Of a stretch of DNA of 64,000 bases, positions 20,515 to 29,858 are shown piece by piece. Under the pieces are notes generated by a model that saw nothing but the letters and a program-made list of their open reading frames with translations, made no database searches and was not told where the DNA came from. Position 1 is the first letter of the stretch. Each line of letters opens with the position of its first letter. The stretch is from NCBI GenBank assembly GCA_034530875.2, contig JAVRCJ020000018.1:1-64000 (forward strand), written 5' to 3'. This DNA comes from Nostoc sp. DedSLP01. GTDB taxonomy: Bacteria > Cyanobacteriota > Cyanobacteriia > Cyanobacteriales > Nostocaceae. The translations under genes were made by a program, and so were the position numbers.

Positions 20515-21543
20515 TTATTGTGGCGATCGCTTGTTCTCTTTAGGACGGATATCCAACCCTGGCACGCCTATATCTAAACGAAATATCCCTCCATAACCGT
20601 CTTCTGCTTTTATCCCACCTGTCACAAATATCTGGTCGAGCTTCGGGCCTGCAAAAGCACAGTTGCTAGTGGTGAGATTGCCAGTTGCATATCGACGGAT
20701 CAGCTTGCCCTCAGGATTGAGAACTTCTAGTTGACCCATACCATAGTGAGCCACGTAGAGGTTCCCTGTTGCATCTTGACATATCCCGTCAGGCTTATTG
20801 TCTATTTGCTCTCCCTGTTTGATAGGAAGTTCAGCAAAAACTTTATGGGAACTCACTTTTCCCGGTGAAACTACGTTGTAGACTAAAATTTGATTCTTAT
20901 TGCTTTCGCTAACAAAGAGCCGCTTGCCATCTGGAGTCAGGTGAATGCCATTGGCAAAAGCTATTCCAGTAGCGACTGAGTTAATTTTCCCTCTAAAATC
21001 CACATAGTAAACTGCGCCATTGGGGGTTTCGGAGTTGGAATTGCCGGAGTCAGTGAAGTAAAAACTTCCTGCTTGGGAATCAATAGTAATATCATTGGGA
21101 TACTGCAAAGGCTTGCCATTAAATTCCTTGGCGATCGCTTTTAGGAGATTACCATTGCTATCTAGCTGCAACACCGAATTTTGAGCAGCGACAATATGAG
21201 TACCGTCAGATAAAATCTTATGACCATTTGCACCAGGGACTTTTGCCCAGATTTTAGTCAACCCTTCAGGAGTTAAAACTGTGATTGTCCCGGCTTTAGT
21301 TTGGGAGAAATAGAGGTTACCCGCACTATCTAAGACAATTCCCTCGGAATATTTGTCGCTTTGTATAACCTTCGTTGGTGAGATAATATACGCTGGCGGC
21401 AGTGTAACTTCAGGGCTAGCAGCTACAGCTACATCCAAGAAGCGCGCGGTCTGTGTCAGGCTAGAGTCTTTAGTACTATCTCGGCAAGACACTAGCAGCA
21501 AAATTTGTACGCAGCTCAAAATAATCAAAGAAAATTTACGCAT
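20515..21543 (-). CDS. SMP-30/gluconolactonase/LRE family lipoprotein
   Basis: Lipobox-like LLVSC; SEG, PND, ANG and PDG motifs of the 6-bladed SMP-30 propeller. Confidence 0.88.
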   Translation of the reverse strand: MRKFSLIILSCVQILLLVSCRDSTKDSSLTQTARFLDVAVAASPEVTLPPAYIISPTKVIQSDKYSEGIVLDSAGNLYFSQTKAGTITVLTPEGLTKIWAKVPGANGHKILSDGTHIVAAQNSVLQLDSNGNLLKAIAKEFNGKPLQYPNDITIDSQAGSFYFTDSGNSNSETPNGAVYYVDFRGKINSVATGIAFANGIHLTPDGKRLFVSESNKNQILVYNVVSPGKVSSHKVFAELPIKQGEQIDNKPDGICQDATGNLYVAHYGMGQLEVLNPEGKLIRRYATGNLTTSNCAFAGPKLDQIFVTGGIKAEDGYGGIFRLDIGVPGLDIRPKENKRSPQ

Positions 21544-21756
21544 ATAGCAAAAAAACCTCTTTTTGTAAGTAAGTAGGTGTGAATATTTATTGCTGGGATA
21601 AAGTAAGAGGCAAAAGTGAAGAGTGCTTTAGTCTAGTTCATTTCTATTCACATAGTTCGGTTTTTTCCAATCGTTTTACTTAGTTCTTTTACTAGTTGTT
21701 TTAAATTTCAAATAGTTTTTGATAGTTGAAATGGAAACTTTAGTTTGCCGGATATT

Positions 21757-23526
21757 TTAAAAGAAGAAGCTTGTTCGCAAACCACCTGTAAAAATCGTAC
21801 CGTTGCTTTCTTGATTGGCAGGATTAGTGATTATTTGTACTGAAGGCGTAATCCGAATGTTGTCACCAATTGGTAGATTGTAAAATGCCTCAATGTTGGT
21901 CTGTGTGGCGTTGCCGACTGCACTCTCAATAAATGGCTGGGCTGCGGCAATGCCAGCCAAAGAGCCTGGTACAAAAAGGTCTCGACAGGCAAGCCCAGCC
22001 ATCCAGTAAGTGGGCTTAATGTCGCCAAAATCTGTGTCACTGTAACTGCCATAGCCATAACGACCAAAGATAGCTAGTTGTTGCGAAAGTGCTAATTCAA
22101 CATTTGCCCCAAAGACATCAAATCGACCATCGAATAGATTACCCCCACTGTATTGCAGGCGTATCGCTAACGCACTAGAGGGTGAATACTCCAGTTCAAC
22201 GGTGGTTTGATTGGGATCTTTGAATAGGCCGCTTTTGCTATCCCCATCGGAATACAATAAATTAGCTAGAGGCGATACACTAGCACGAGAACTTTGACTA
22301 TTGGGACTAGGGTTGGCAGCGTCCCCAGCTACATAGACTGCTCGCATTGTGAATGGCCCTGCACCTGGGTTCCACTCCATGACTGCCCCGCCTCCCAAGT
22401 TTAAAACAGGCAGAAGAATATAATTATTGGTTAATGCCAGAGTCGAAAAGTCAAAATAGTCCAGGTTAGCGTAGGTGTTTTTGTCAACGTAGTCTGAGGC
22501 AGTAATTGTCGGGCCCAGGGTTACTTTGAAGTCTCGAAACAAGGTAAAACTGTAATTGAGACGAGCGATCGTAACTTCGTCGTTGATACCTGAGCGATAC
22601 GAAAAATCTAGGGCACTACCAAAATTAGGCTCCAAAAATCCAGCCGGATTATCGTTCCCTAGACCGCTACCTGAGTCTAAACGAATGAGGAGCAGATCGC
22701 TTCCGTTAAAGCTGGTGTTCAGATTTAGAGAAGCACGATAAACAAAGGTGGCATTTGGGTTCTCATTGGCAATTTCTTTACCTTTGGGATCGATAATGCG
22801 ATCGCCGCTAAAGCTGCCTCCAGTAATAGCAGTTACAACTAACCCTGTAAGCTTGGTGGTAGTAGAAAACTGATTGGATTCTAGATTTGCTGTTTTAGCT
22901 TCTAGATTGTCTACACGACCTTGCAAAGTTCCCAGTTCCATCGCAAACTCTTCTTGCAGTTGTTGCAATGTTAATAAGTCTTCACGGGTTACTTGCGTTT
23001 CTATTCCAGATGCAATTAACTCTTGTACTCGCTCAAGTGCTGCTTTGATTCCAGCAGCAAACTCATAACGGGTCATAGTTGAATTGCCTCGGTAAGTGCG
23101 ATCGGGATAGCCTGCAATAATTCCATAACGCTCAATCAAAGATTGAAGCGCCTGGAAAGCCCAGTCACTAGGTTGCACATCTGCAAGTTGGCTCACCGAG
23201 GTAACTTGAGCCTTAGAAGAAAGTGTCTGAGCCATCAAGCTAAATATCTGCGAAGTAGGTTCCAATGCTTCAATAACTCTGGTTTGTACTTCAACAGTAG
23301 GATTTACAACTGGCTCAGAACTATGAGTAAGTTGTGATATTTCAGCGAGCACAGAAGCACTTTGTAAAGTTAGACAAAGGATGCTTACACCTTGAGCAAG
23401 GGATAAATAACTATTTCTCATTGCTTGTAGATTTAGATGTGCTAGCTTGTAAAAAATCAAAATTGTTGCTTTTTTGCCTAAAGGACAAAAATCCTTTACC
23501 AATTGAAGTTTTGAAAACACAGTCAT
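21757..23526 (-). CDS. SLH-domain outer-membrane porin (OprB/iron-uptake porin type); likely start 23421
   Basis: VTSVSQLADVQPSDWAFQALQSLIERYG SLH domain, FSTTTKL, C-terminal LRTSFFF. Confidence 0.92.
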   Translation of the reverse strand: MTVFSKLQLVKDFCPLGKKATILIFYKLAHLNLQAMRNSYLSLAQGVSILCLTLQSASVLAEISQLTHSSEPVVNPTVEVQTRVIEALEPTSQIFSLMAQTLSSKAQVTSVSQLADVQPSDWAFQALQSLIERYGIIAGYPDRTYRGNSTMTRYEFAAGIKAALERVQELIASGIETQVTREDLLTLQQLQEEFAMELGTLQGRVDNLEAKTANLESNQFSTTTKLTGLVVTAITGGSFSGDRIIDPKGKEIANENPNATFVYRASLNLNTSFNGSDLLLIRLDSGSGLGNDNPAGFLEPNFGSALDFSYRSGINDEVTIARLNYSFTLFRDFKVTLGPTITASDYVDKNTYANLDYFDFSTLALTNNYILLPVLNLGGGAVMEWNPGAGPFTMRAVYVAGDAANPSPNSQSSRASVSPLANLLYSDGDSKSGLFKDPNQTTVELEYSPSSALAIRLQYSGGNLFDGRFDVFGANVELALSQQLAIFGRYGYGSYSDTDFGDIKPTYWMAGLACRDLFVPGSLAGIAAAQPFIESAVGNATQTNIEAFYNLPIGDNIRITPSVQIITNPANQESNGTIFTGGLRTSFFF

Positions 23527-23545
23527 CTCTACAATTTGGATTACC

Positions 23546-25165
23546 CTAATCCCTAGCTGCTACAAACTGAGAATGACTGTTTGTTTGAAAAGAATATCTT
23601 CGTTTGTGAATATCTTCCGCAATTATTTCGTCCATACAGCGTTCTGCGATCGCTGCAATAGTGAAGGAAGGATTGGTACATGCAGTAGGGCCAGGAATCA
23701 GCGCACCATCAACAACATACAAACCTTGATAATTGAATACCCGACCGTATTGGTCGCACACTTTACCCATGACAGCGCCTCCTAAAGGATGGGCACAGAT
23801 AGAGGCATTAATGTCTGTTGTCGGTTTTATAGTAGGGGTAGTAATGGAACCATCAAGACTTGTGTAAGTAACCTTTGCAGCTAATAAACCATCTCTATTT
23901 TCTTGTTCGGGCCAGTGTAACTTGACATTATCTGTAGAGCGATCGTAGGTGAAAAATCCTTTTGGTTTTGTCATAGCCAAAGTCAAACACCTTTGCGTTC
24001 CCGGGCCGCCAGACCAATCCTCCAGATTCATCAGACTAATCGGATTTTGAGTATTATTTATATTTTCCACAACGGCACCTGATGGGCCCCCTTTACCAAT
24101 TACAGGCTTTGGTAAATTTGAACGTTCGGCAACCATGTCTCCATTATTATTCCAATTTTGTCCGACACTAGCTTTTAACCTAGATAATGTGCCTTTTTCT
24201 TTAGCCTTGAGCAAAAGTTTAGAAGTTCCTATTGAACCAGCTGCTAAAAACAAATAGCGACAGGTAAAAGATTTTGACTGAATCAATTCTCCACGTTCAT
24301 CAATTTCATGACATTTAACTCGATAGCCACGTCTCGGTAATTCAGAAATTTCTGTAACTATATGTAAAGGCAAAACTTTTACTAATCCAGTTTGTTCGGC
24401 TTGAAGTAAGTAATTGCGATCGAGGCTATTTTTTGCTCCACTATTAATACCAAACCAATGTTCGCCATTAATAGCAGAAGCAATTTTTTCTCCTCTAATT
24501 TCTTGACGAACTATATTCCAATCAACAGCTAAATCTAACAACCGAGTAGGAAAACCTGCTTTCTTTCCGTTTTCCAGTAAAAATCGAGTTGTTTCATAAT
24601 AATCAGTCTTTAAAATGTCATCTGGCATTGGTGCTGCCTTTAACATTGAACGAACTCGAGGATAGTAAATTTCATCCATTTCCTTGTAGCTAATTGAACG
24701 AGGAAAAGTTCGATAAAATAACTCCTTATTGGGTTGGTAAATAATCGCATTGTAAACTAAAGAACCGCCACCAACGCCAGCACCAGCTAAAACAGTAATG
24801 CCATCTTCATTTAAAGTCTCTAAAACTCCTGTATACACGTCTACAGACTGACCAAATAAATTTGTTGAACTTAGCCAAGCACTTCGACCATCAGGATTGC
24901 GGAAATTAGCAAAAGTGTTTCCATCAGAACGAATATTCCAACGACGACCTCGCTCTAATACTAATGTTTGAATACCAGCTTGAGCTAAACGTAGAGATGC
25001 AATAGAACCACCAAAGCCACTACCTATAATTAGCGCTTCTGTATCTTCATAATTACTAGTAGCGCTAGTTCGATAAATAGGAGTTCCTACTGAAACTGCT
25101 AAACCGGTACCGAAAAGGGCGGCACTTTGAAGAAAACGACGACGGCGATACAAATTATTAAGCAT
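23546..25165 (-). CDS. Tat-exported GMC oxidoreductase, cholesterol-oxidase-like (copy 2)
   Basis: RRRRFLQ, GSGFGG, AHPLGG, TNPSFTIAAIAER. Confidence 0.9.
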   Translation of the reverse strand: MLNNLYRRRRFLQSAALFGTGLAVSVGTPIYRTSATSNYEDTEALIIGSGFGGSIASLRLAQAGIQTLVLERGRRWNIRSDGNTFANFRNPDGRSAWLSSTNLFGQSVDVYTGVLETLNEDGITVLAGAGVGGGSLVYNAIIYQPNKELFYRTFPRSISYKEMDEIYYPRVRSMLKAAPMPDDILKTDYYETTRFLLENGKKAGFPTRLLDLAVDWNIVRQEIRGEKIASAINGEHWFGINSGAKNSLDRNYLLQAEQTGLVKVLPLHIVTEISELPRRGYRVKCHEIDERGELIQSKSFTCRYLFLAAGSIGTSKLLLKAKEKGTLSRLKASVGQNWNNNGDMVAERSNLPKPVIGKGGPSGAVVENINNTQNPISLMNLEDWSGGPGTQRCLTLAMTKPKGFFTYDRSTDNVKLHWPEQENRDGLLAAKVTYTSLDGSITTPTIKPTTDINASICAHPLGGAVMGKVCDQYGRVFNYQGLYVVDGALIPGPTACTNPSFTIAAIAERCMDEIIAEDIHKRRYSFQTNSHSQFVAARD

Positions 25166-25306
25166 ATACCTCTAAATTTTGAACTATTTGATTGGACTAA
25201 ATGACTATATTTATGAAGCAAAAAATTATATTTAATACCAATTATTAAATCTTCGATTTTCAGGTATTAAATATCATTGAATATATTCAGGTAATAAACG
25301 AAGTAT

Positions 25307-26890
25307 TTACCAGCCTCTGTGTTTTATTTTTGGGATAATTTCGTCCATAGCGCGCTCTGCTAAACCTGCAATAGTTAAGAAAGGATTTGCACCTCCGGCA
25401 GAACCAGGAAGAAGCGCACCATCTACGACATAAAGCCCTTTATAACCGAATACCCGCCCATATCCATCGCACGCTTTGCCAATAGGAACTCCACCTGAAG
25501 GATGAGCAACATTCTGGTAAACAAACTCTGTTGAAGGTTGTTTGCCATCTTTAAAATTGGCATCATCAAGGATTTTATACGTCAGCTTTGTAGCATCTAT
25601 ATGTTGTTTATTGTTGTCAAGGTATGAAGGCCAGTATAAGTTCACTGAATCTGTTCTTGTATCGTATTTAAATACTCCATTAGCTTTTGGTATACCCATA
25701 CCAAGACACTCTTGCGATCCTATAGGATTATTCCATTGTGGATAATTCATCAGGATAGTTGGACTTATGGGATTATCATAGTGTTCAAGAATAGCACCTG
25801 CAAATCCTCCTAAATCTTTGATAGGTGGTAAATTTGAGCGATGGCCAACAGTATCGCCATTAGTTCCCCAATTTTTACCAACATACTCGTTTAACTTAGG
25901 CAACTTACCTGTCGCTTTAGCCTTAACTAAAAGTTTGGAAGTGCCTATAGAGCCAGCAGCTAAAAACAAATAACGGCAGGTAATAGTTTTAGTTTCAAGA
26001 ATTTGTCCTGATGTATTTATCCGATTGTATGAAACTCGATAAAGTTTCTCGTGAGGTAATTGAGAGATTGCCGTTACTACACACAAAGGCATAATTTCAA
26101 CATATTTAGTCTGCTCTGCTAGACGTATGTAGTTGCGGTCTAGGCTTTTCTTAGCTCCACTATTGCAGCCGAACCAAATTTCTCCATCAATTGTAGAAGC
26201 TACTCTAGTTCCAGCTATTTCATCGCGAACTATATTCCAATCAACAGCCAAATCTATTAAATAATTTTTAAATCCCGCCCTAGTTGCATGTTCTTGAAAT
26301 AATCGAGTTGATTCATAGTATTTAGTAGCTAAAATGTCGGCTGGAATAGGGCTTGGTTCCAACATTTTCCGAACGCGATTAAAGTAAACATCAAGCAATT
26401 CGTCATAGTCAATTGACCGAGGAAAGACTTGATAAAATACATAACTACTTTTGGGTACTACAACACCAGCATTATTAACTAGCGACCCACCTCCAACTCC
26501 AGCACCACACAATGGATTTGCACCGTATTCTCTTAAAGTTTCTAAAACTCCTGTATATTTATCTACAGAATCTCCGAATAAAGTTGTCGAACTCAGCCAA
26601 GCAGCTCGACCATCAGGCTTACGATAAGTTGCAAAAACGTCTTGATTATTTTGAGATGGGATTTCCCAACGGCGGCCGCGTTCTAGTACTACTGTTTGAA
26701 TACCAGCTTGTCCCAAACGTAGAGCAGCAACAGCTCCACCATAGCCACTACCAACAACAACAGCTTCTACATATTCATCAGTAATACTCGCTCCGGTACG
26801 ATTAGAAGTAAGTACTGAAGTCGCTAGACTAGCACTGAATAGAGTGGCACTTTGAATAAAATGACGACGGCTAAAAGATTTACGATACAT
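25307..26890 (-). CDS. Tat-exported GMC oxidoreductase, cholesterol-oxidase-like (copy 3)
   Basis: SRRHFIQ, GSGYGG, AHPSGG, ANPFLTIAGLAER; GAGG RBS. Confidence 0.9.
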   Translation of the reverse strand: MYRKSFSRRHFIQSATLFSASLATSVLTSNRTGASITDEYVEAVVVGSGYGGAVAALRLGQAGIQTVVLERGRRWEIPSQNNQDVFATYRKPDGRAAWLSSTTLFGDSVDKYTGVLETLREYGANPLCGAGVGGGSLVNNAGVVVPKSSYVFYQVFPRSIDYDELLDVYFNRVRKMLEPSPIPADILATKYYESTRLFQEHATRAGFKNYLIDLAVDWNIVRDEIAGTRVASTIDGEIWFGCNSGAKKSLDRNYIRLAEQTKYVEIMPLCVVTAISQLPHEKLYRVSYNRINTSGQILETKTITCRYLFLAAGSIGTSKLLVKAKATGKLPKLNEYVGKNWGTNGDTVGHRSNLPPIKDLGGFAGAILEHYDNPISPTILMNYPQWNNPIGSQECLGMGIPKANGVFKYDTRTDSVNLYWPSYLDNNKQHIDATKLTYKILDDANFKDGKQPSTEFVYQNVAHPSGGVPIGKACDGYGRVFGYKGLYVVDGALLPGSAGGANPFLTIAGLAERAMDEIIPKIKHRGW

Positions 26891-27151
26891 AAATTCCTCA
26901 CTTCACGATTAGACGTTTTATAAAATATTTATAGAGACTAGCTTTGGAGATTAGTGCTAAAATTTTATTTTTTCGAGAGTTACTATCAAGACTGGATAAA
27001 TTTAGAAGGAATTTCAAGTTATGAAATATTTGATTTTAGGATATAAATTTTCATAAAAAATAAAAAACTTGTTAAAATTCAATTTAGTTGGTCTTCATAT
27101 ATTAACTATTAGCTAACCATGAAAGAATTTAAAAAATATGGAACATAATTG

Positions 27152-27178
27152 CAATGGTTAAATTTTTGGTTAAAGGTT
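27152..27178 (-). promoter_or_regulatory. Shared 27-bp motif (copy upstream of GMC3-GMC2-porin unit)
   Basis: Minus strand: AAAAAATGC-AACCTTTAACCAAAAATTTAACCATTG, with TTGCAA-N17-TAAATT. Confidence 0.65.
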
Positions 27179-27361
27179 GCATTTTTTGGAATTTACTTAT
27201 TTTGGCTCTTCACGCCATCATTTATCTCTAAATTAAGAATAAGTTATGATATATTGCAATCTTATTTTGATAATGATATAGCGATAAAGTTTAAAAAAAT
27301 TAGTACAGAAGTAGTTAAATTTAAGAAATATTTAATTTCTATAATTAGAGCAAAAAAATAC

Positions 27362-27388
27362 AAACTCTCTCCGAAAAACTAACCTTTG
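27362..27388 (+). promoter_or_regulatory. Shared 27-bp motif (copy upstream of a decayed ORF)
   Basis: AAAAAAATAC-AAACTCTCTCCGAAAAACTAACCTTTG, with TTGCAT-N17-TAATCT. Confidence 0.6.
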
Positions 27389-27435
27389 CATCTATGTTTT
27401 ATGCGTCTTAATCTTAGATATAAGAGTAAAAATTT

Positions 27436-27667
27436 ATGCCTCTTCAACTTCTGGGTAAAACCCGGCTTGCATCGTTTCTGAAGAACATACTATTTAGCGG
27501 GGCTTTATCCATTAACTCAAACGCCACAATAAATTTTAACTTAGTTTCCTGGTAAAACTGTAGGTAGCTGGGGCTGGCAATATAAGTCTACAGCTTTAAC
27601 GCCAGAGGTTGGCGATCGCCTCAGAGCAATGACTGAAACTTATGGACGGGCGACTCACCATCAATAA
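27436..27667 (+). pseudogene. Possible decayed gene fragment
   Basis: ATG at 27436, then after a 1-nt shift FNFWVKPGLHRF*RTYYLAGLYPLTQTPQ*ILT*FPGKTVGSWGWQYKSTALTPEVGDRLRAMTETYGRATHHQ*. More GC-rich than its flanks and just downstream of a motif copy. Confidence 0.35.
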
Positions 27668-28100
27668 AATTAGAACAAACTAGCCGCAAGACTTAATTGA
27701 TACGACATCAAGGAGCTTGTGGCTGGCTCAATTTTAGTCAATTTGTAATGGTAAGGGGCGATCGCGTCCTTCAACCTTGATACTCGGCCACTTTGGATCG
27801 AAAGTTAGGTTTTCTAGCTATTATTAATAATCGGAAAAAAGCTTTGATTACAAAATAATGCCATAGTTCAGCAATCAGTAAGTGAAAGTTATAACCTATA
27901 GCGATTCCCAAGCAAATGAGGTATATAAATTTTTAAGGAAGCAAAGCATTGTGCCTTTACCTTATACTTCACTATAACGAGATATGCTATATAAAAACAT
28001 ATTATTTTTAAACTTTTTTCACTCGAAAGTATTAGTTAAACTAGAAAGTTTATTCTCAGTAATATTTGAGTTTTTAGCGCTAGAATTACCAAATAAATAC

Positions 28101-28233
28101 AACCTTATAACGAAAAATTACCCATTGCAATTTTGTTTTATTTTTTGAAAATCATATAAGGTTTAATACATAAAAAAAGTAAACTTTCTACAAAATATTC
28201 ACCCTTGTATTTATAGTTTCATCTCTCTAAACT
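28101..28233 (+). promoter_or_regulatory. Two copies of the shared motif (28101-28127, 28181-28207) and promoter of the DJ-1 operon
   Basis: AACCTTATAACGAAAAATTACCCATTG and AAACTTTCTACAAAATATTCACCCTTG, 80 bp apart. The second gives TTGTAT-N17-TAAACT. Confidence 0.65.
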
Positions 28234-28309
28234 TATCGCTAAAGACTTCATAATAAGTCACATACATTGCAAATTAAGAATCTAGTAACCCCAAGAATAT
28301 TGAACCAAT

Positions 28310-28993
28310 ATGATACCTAGATCCCTTGGTGGGAAAAAAATTGCTGTTCTTCTCGAAAGTGAGTTCATTCCTGAAGAAATCGAAGCTTATCAAAAGCGCT
28401 TCTCAGAACTCAAAGCAACAGTACATCTGATGTCTAGACTCTGGGATCAGCCAAGCGTTCGTTTTTTCAGTGATGAAGATACGGGCAATACACCTCGAAC
28501 AATAGATGTAGACATTGATTTTCAAAACGTAGATGTTAACGACTACGCGGCTGTAATTATGTCGGCTAACTATACCAGCGTGCGTCTGCGTTACTTTGAG
28601 CCACCAACAGGTCAGCCAATTAGTGGCGAACAAGTTCGCACTTCACCGGCTGTACAGTTTTATGCCAAGGCAATGGCAAATCCCAAGATTATTAAAGGCG
28701 CACTTTGCCACGGCCTTTGGATAGTAACACCAATACCTGAATTACTCAAAGGCCGAAAAGTTATCTGCCATGAGGTTGTCCTTGCAGACATTATCAATGC
28801 TGGCGCAGTTTATACAACATCACCTACAGGTGTCGTGGTGGATGGCGACCTTGTTACTGGTCGCTCAAAACACGAGGTTGAACCATTCATTGATGCGATT
28901 ACCGAACAAATTCAACAGTTAGCTGTTGCCACTAATCGTTTCTCAAATAGAAGGCCTAATCCCTCTGTTTCAAGACTAAGAGTTGCAAGCTAA
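28310..28993 (+). CDS. DJ-1/PfpI family protein
   Basis: KKIAVLLESEF..EE, nucleophile elbow ALCHG, VVVDGDLVTGR. Confidence 0.9.
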   Translation: MIPRSLGGKKIAVLLESEFIPEEIEAYQKRFSELKATVHLMSRLWDQPSVRFFSDEDTGNTPRTIDVDIDFQNVDVNDYAAVIMSANYTSVRLRYFEPPTGQPISGEQVRTSPAVQFYAKAMANPKIIKGALCHGLWIVTPIPELLKGRKVICHEVVLADIINAGAVYTTSPTGVVVDGDLVTGRSKHEVEPFIDAITEQIQQLAVATNRFSNRRPNPSVSRLRVAS

Positions 28994-29030
28994 CTATTTG
29001 AGAACATATTTATCACTAGGAGAAAATTTT

Positions 29031-29858
29031 GTGAAAAAGATTCTGACAATCTTATCGGAATATGGTTATTGGGGTGAAGAACTGGTAGGCCCCTTAGAAA
29101 CTTTTGATGCTGCGGGGTATCAAGTTGACTTTGCAACTCCAACAGGAAAAAGGCCAGTAGCACTTCCTCCCAGTATGGACGCTACTTATATCGACCCGCC
29201 TCTAGGTCGGACAGTTGTCTCTCAAGAGATGGCGGAAAAAGTCAAGCAGTTGGAAGATCCTAAGAACACACGATTAGACAATCCAATCATTCTCTCAGAA
29301 TGGTTACCCGATCGCCCTTACTGGAGTGCTGAAAAATTCCTGCGGGAAATGGAAGCATATAACAATGCAGTCGATGCAATACAGCAGGATTTGGAACAAT
29401 ACGATGCTTTACTGATAGTCGGCGGTAGCGGCCCCATCGTTGATTTAGTAAATAACCATCGGGTTCACGAGTTAATTCTGAGTTTTTACAGAAAGAACAA
29501 ACCCATCGCCGCAGAATGCTACGGTGTAACTTGTCTAGCCTTTGCTCGTGACTTAGCAGACCGCAAGAGCATTATTTGGGGTAAGCACGTCACAGGCCAT
29601 TGCAAAGAATATGATTACAAAGATGGTACCGGATTTGTCGGCGCTGACATTAACATGGGCCCACCTCCCTATCCTCTGGAATATATTCTCCGAGATGCCA
29701 CAGGGCCAGATGGAGCGTACCACGGTAATTTTGGCAAAGAAATCTCCGTGATTGTCGATTATCCCTTTGTTACAGGTCGGTCTACCGCAGATTCTTATAC
29801 CACTGGTCACAAGTTAGTAGAAGTTCTTGATAAAGGACTGAGGCGGTACGGATGGTAA
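29031..29858 (+). CDS. DJ-1/PfpI (class I glutamine amidotransferase-like) protein
   Basis: GTG start after AGGAG; GYWGEEL, FATPTG, VGGSGP, AAECYG, FVTGRS. Confidence 0.9.
   Translation: MKKILTILSEYGYWGEELVGPLETFDAAGYQVDFATPTGKRPVALPPSMDATYIDPPLGRTVVSQEMAEKVKQLEDPKNTRLDNPIILSEWLPDRPYWSAEKFLREMEAYNNAVDAIQQDLEQYDALLIVGGSGPIVDLVNNHRVHELILSFYRKNKPIAAECYGVTCLAFARDLADRKSIIWGKHVTGHCKEYDYKDGTGFVGADINMGPPPYPLEYILRDATGPDGAYHGNFGKEISVIVDYPFVTGRSTADSYTTGHKLVEVLDKGLRRYGW

Noticed and set aside
27149..27382. 77-aa ORF in the track
   Set aside because: TTG start, low-complexity AT-rich translation, and it overlaps two divergent promoter motifs.
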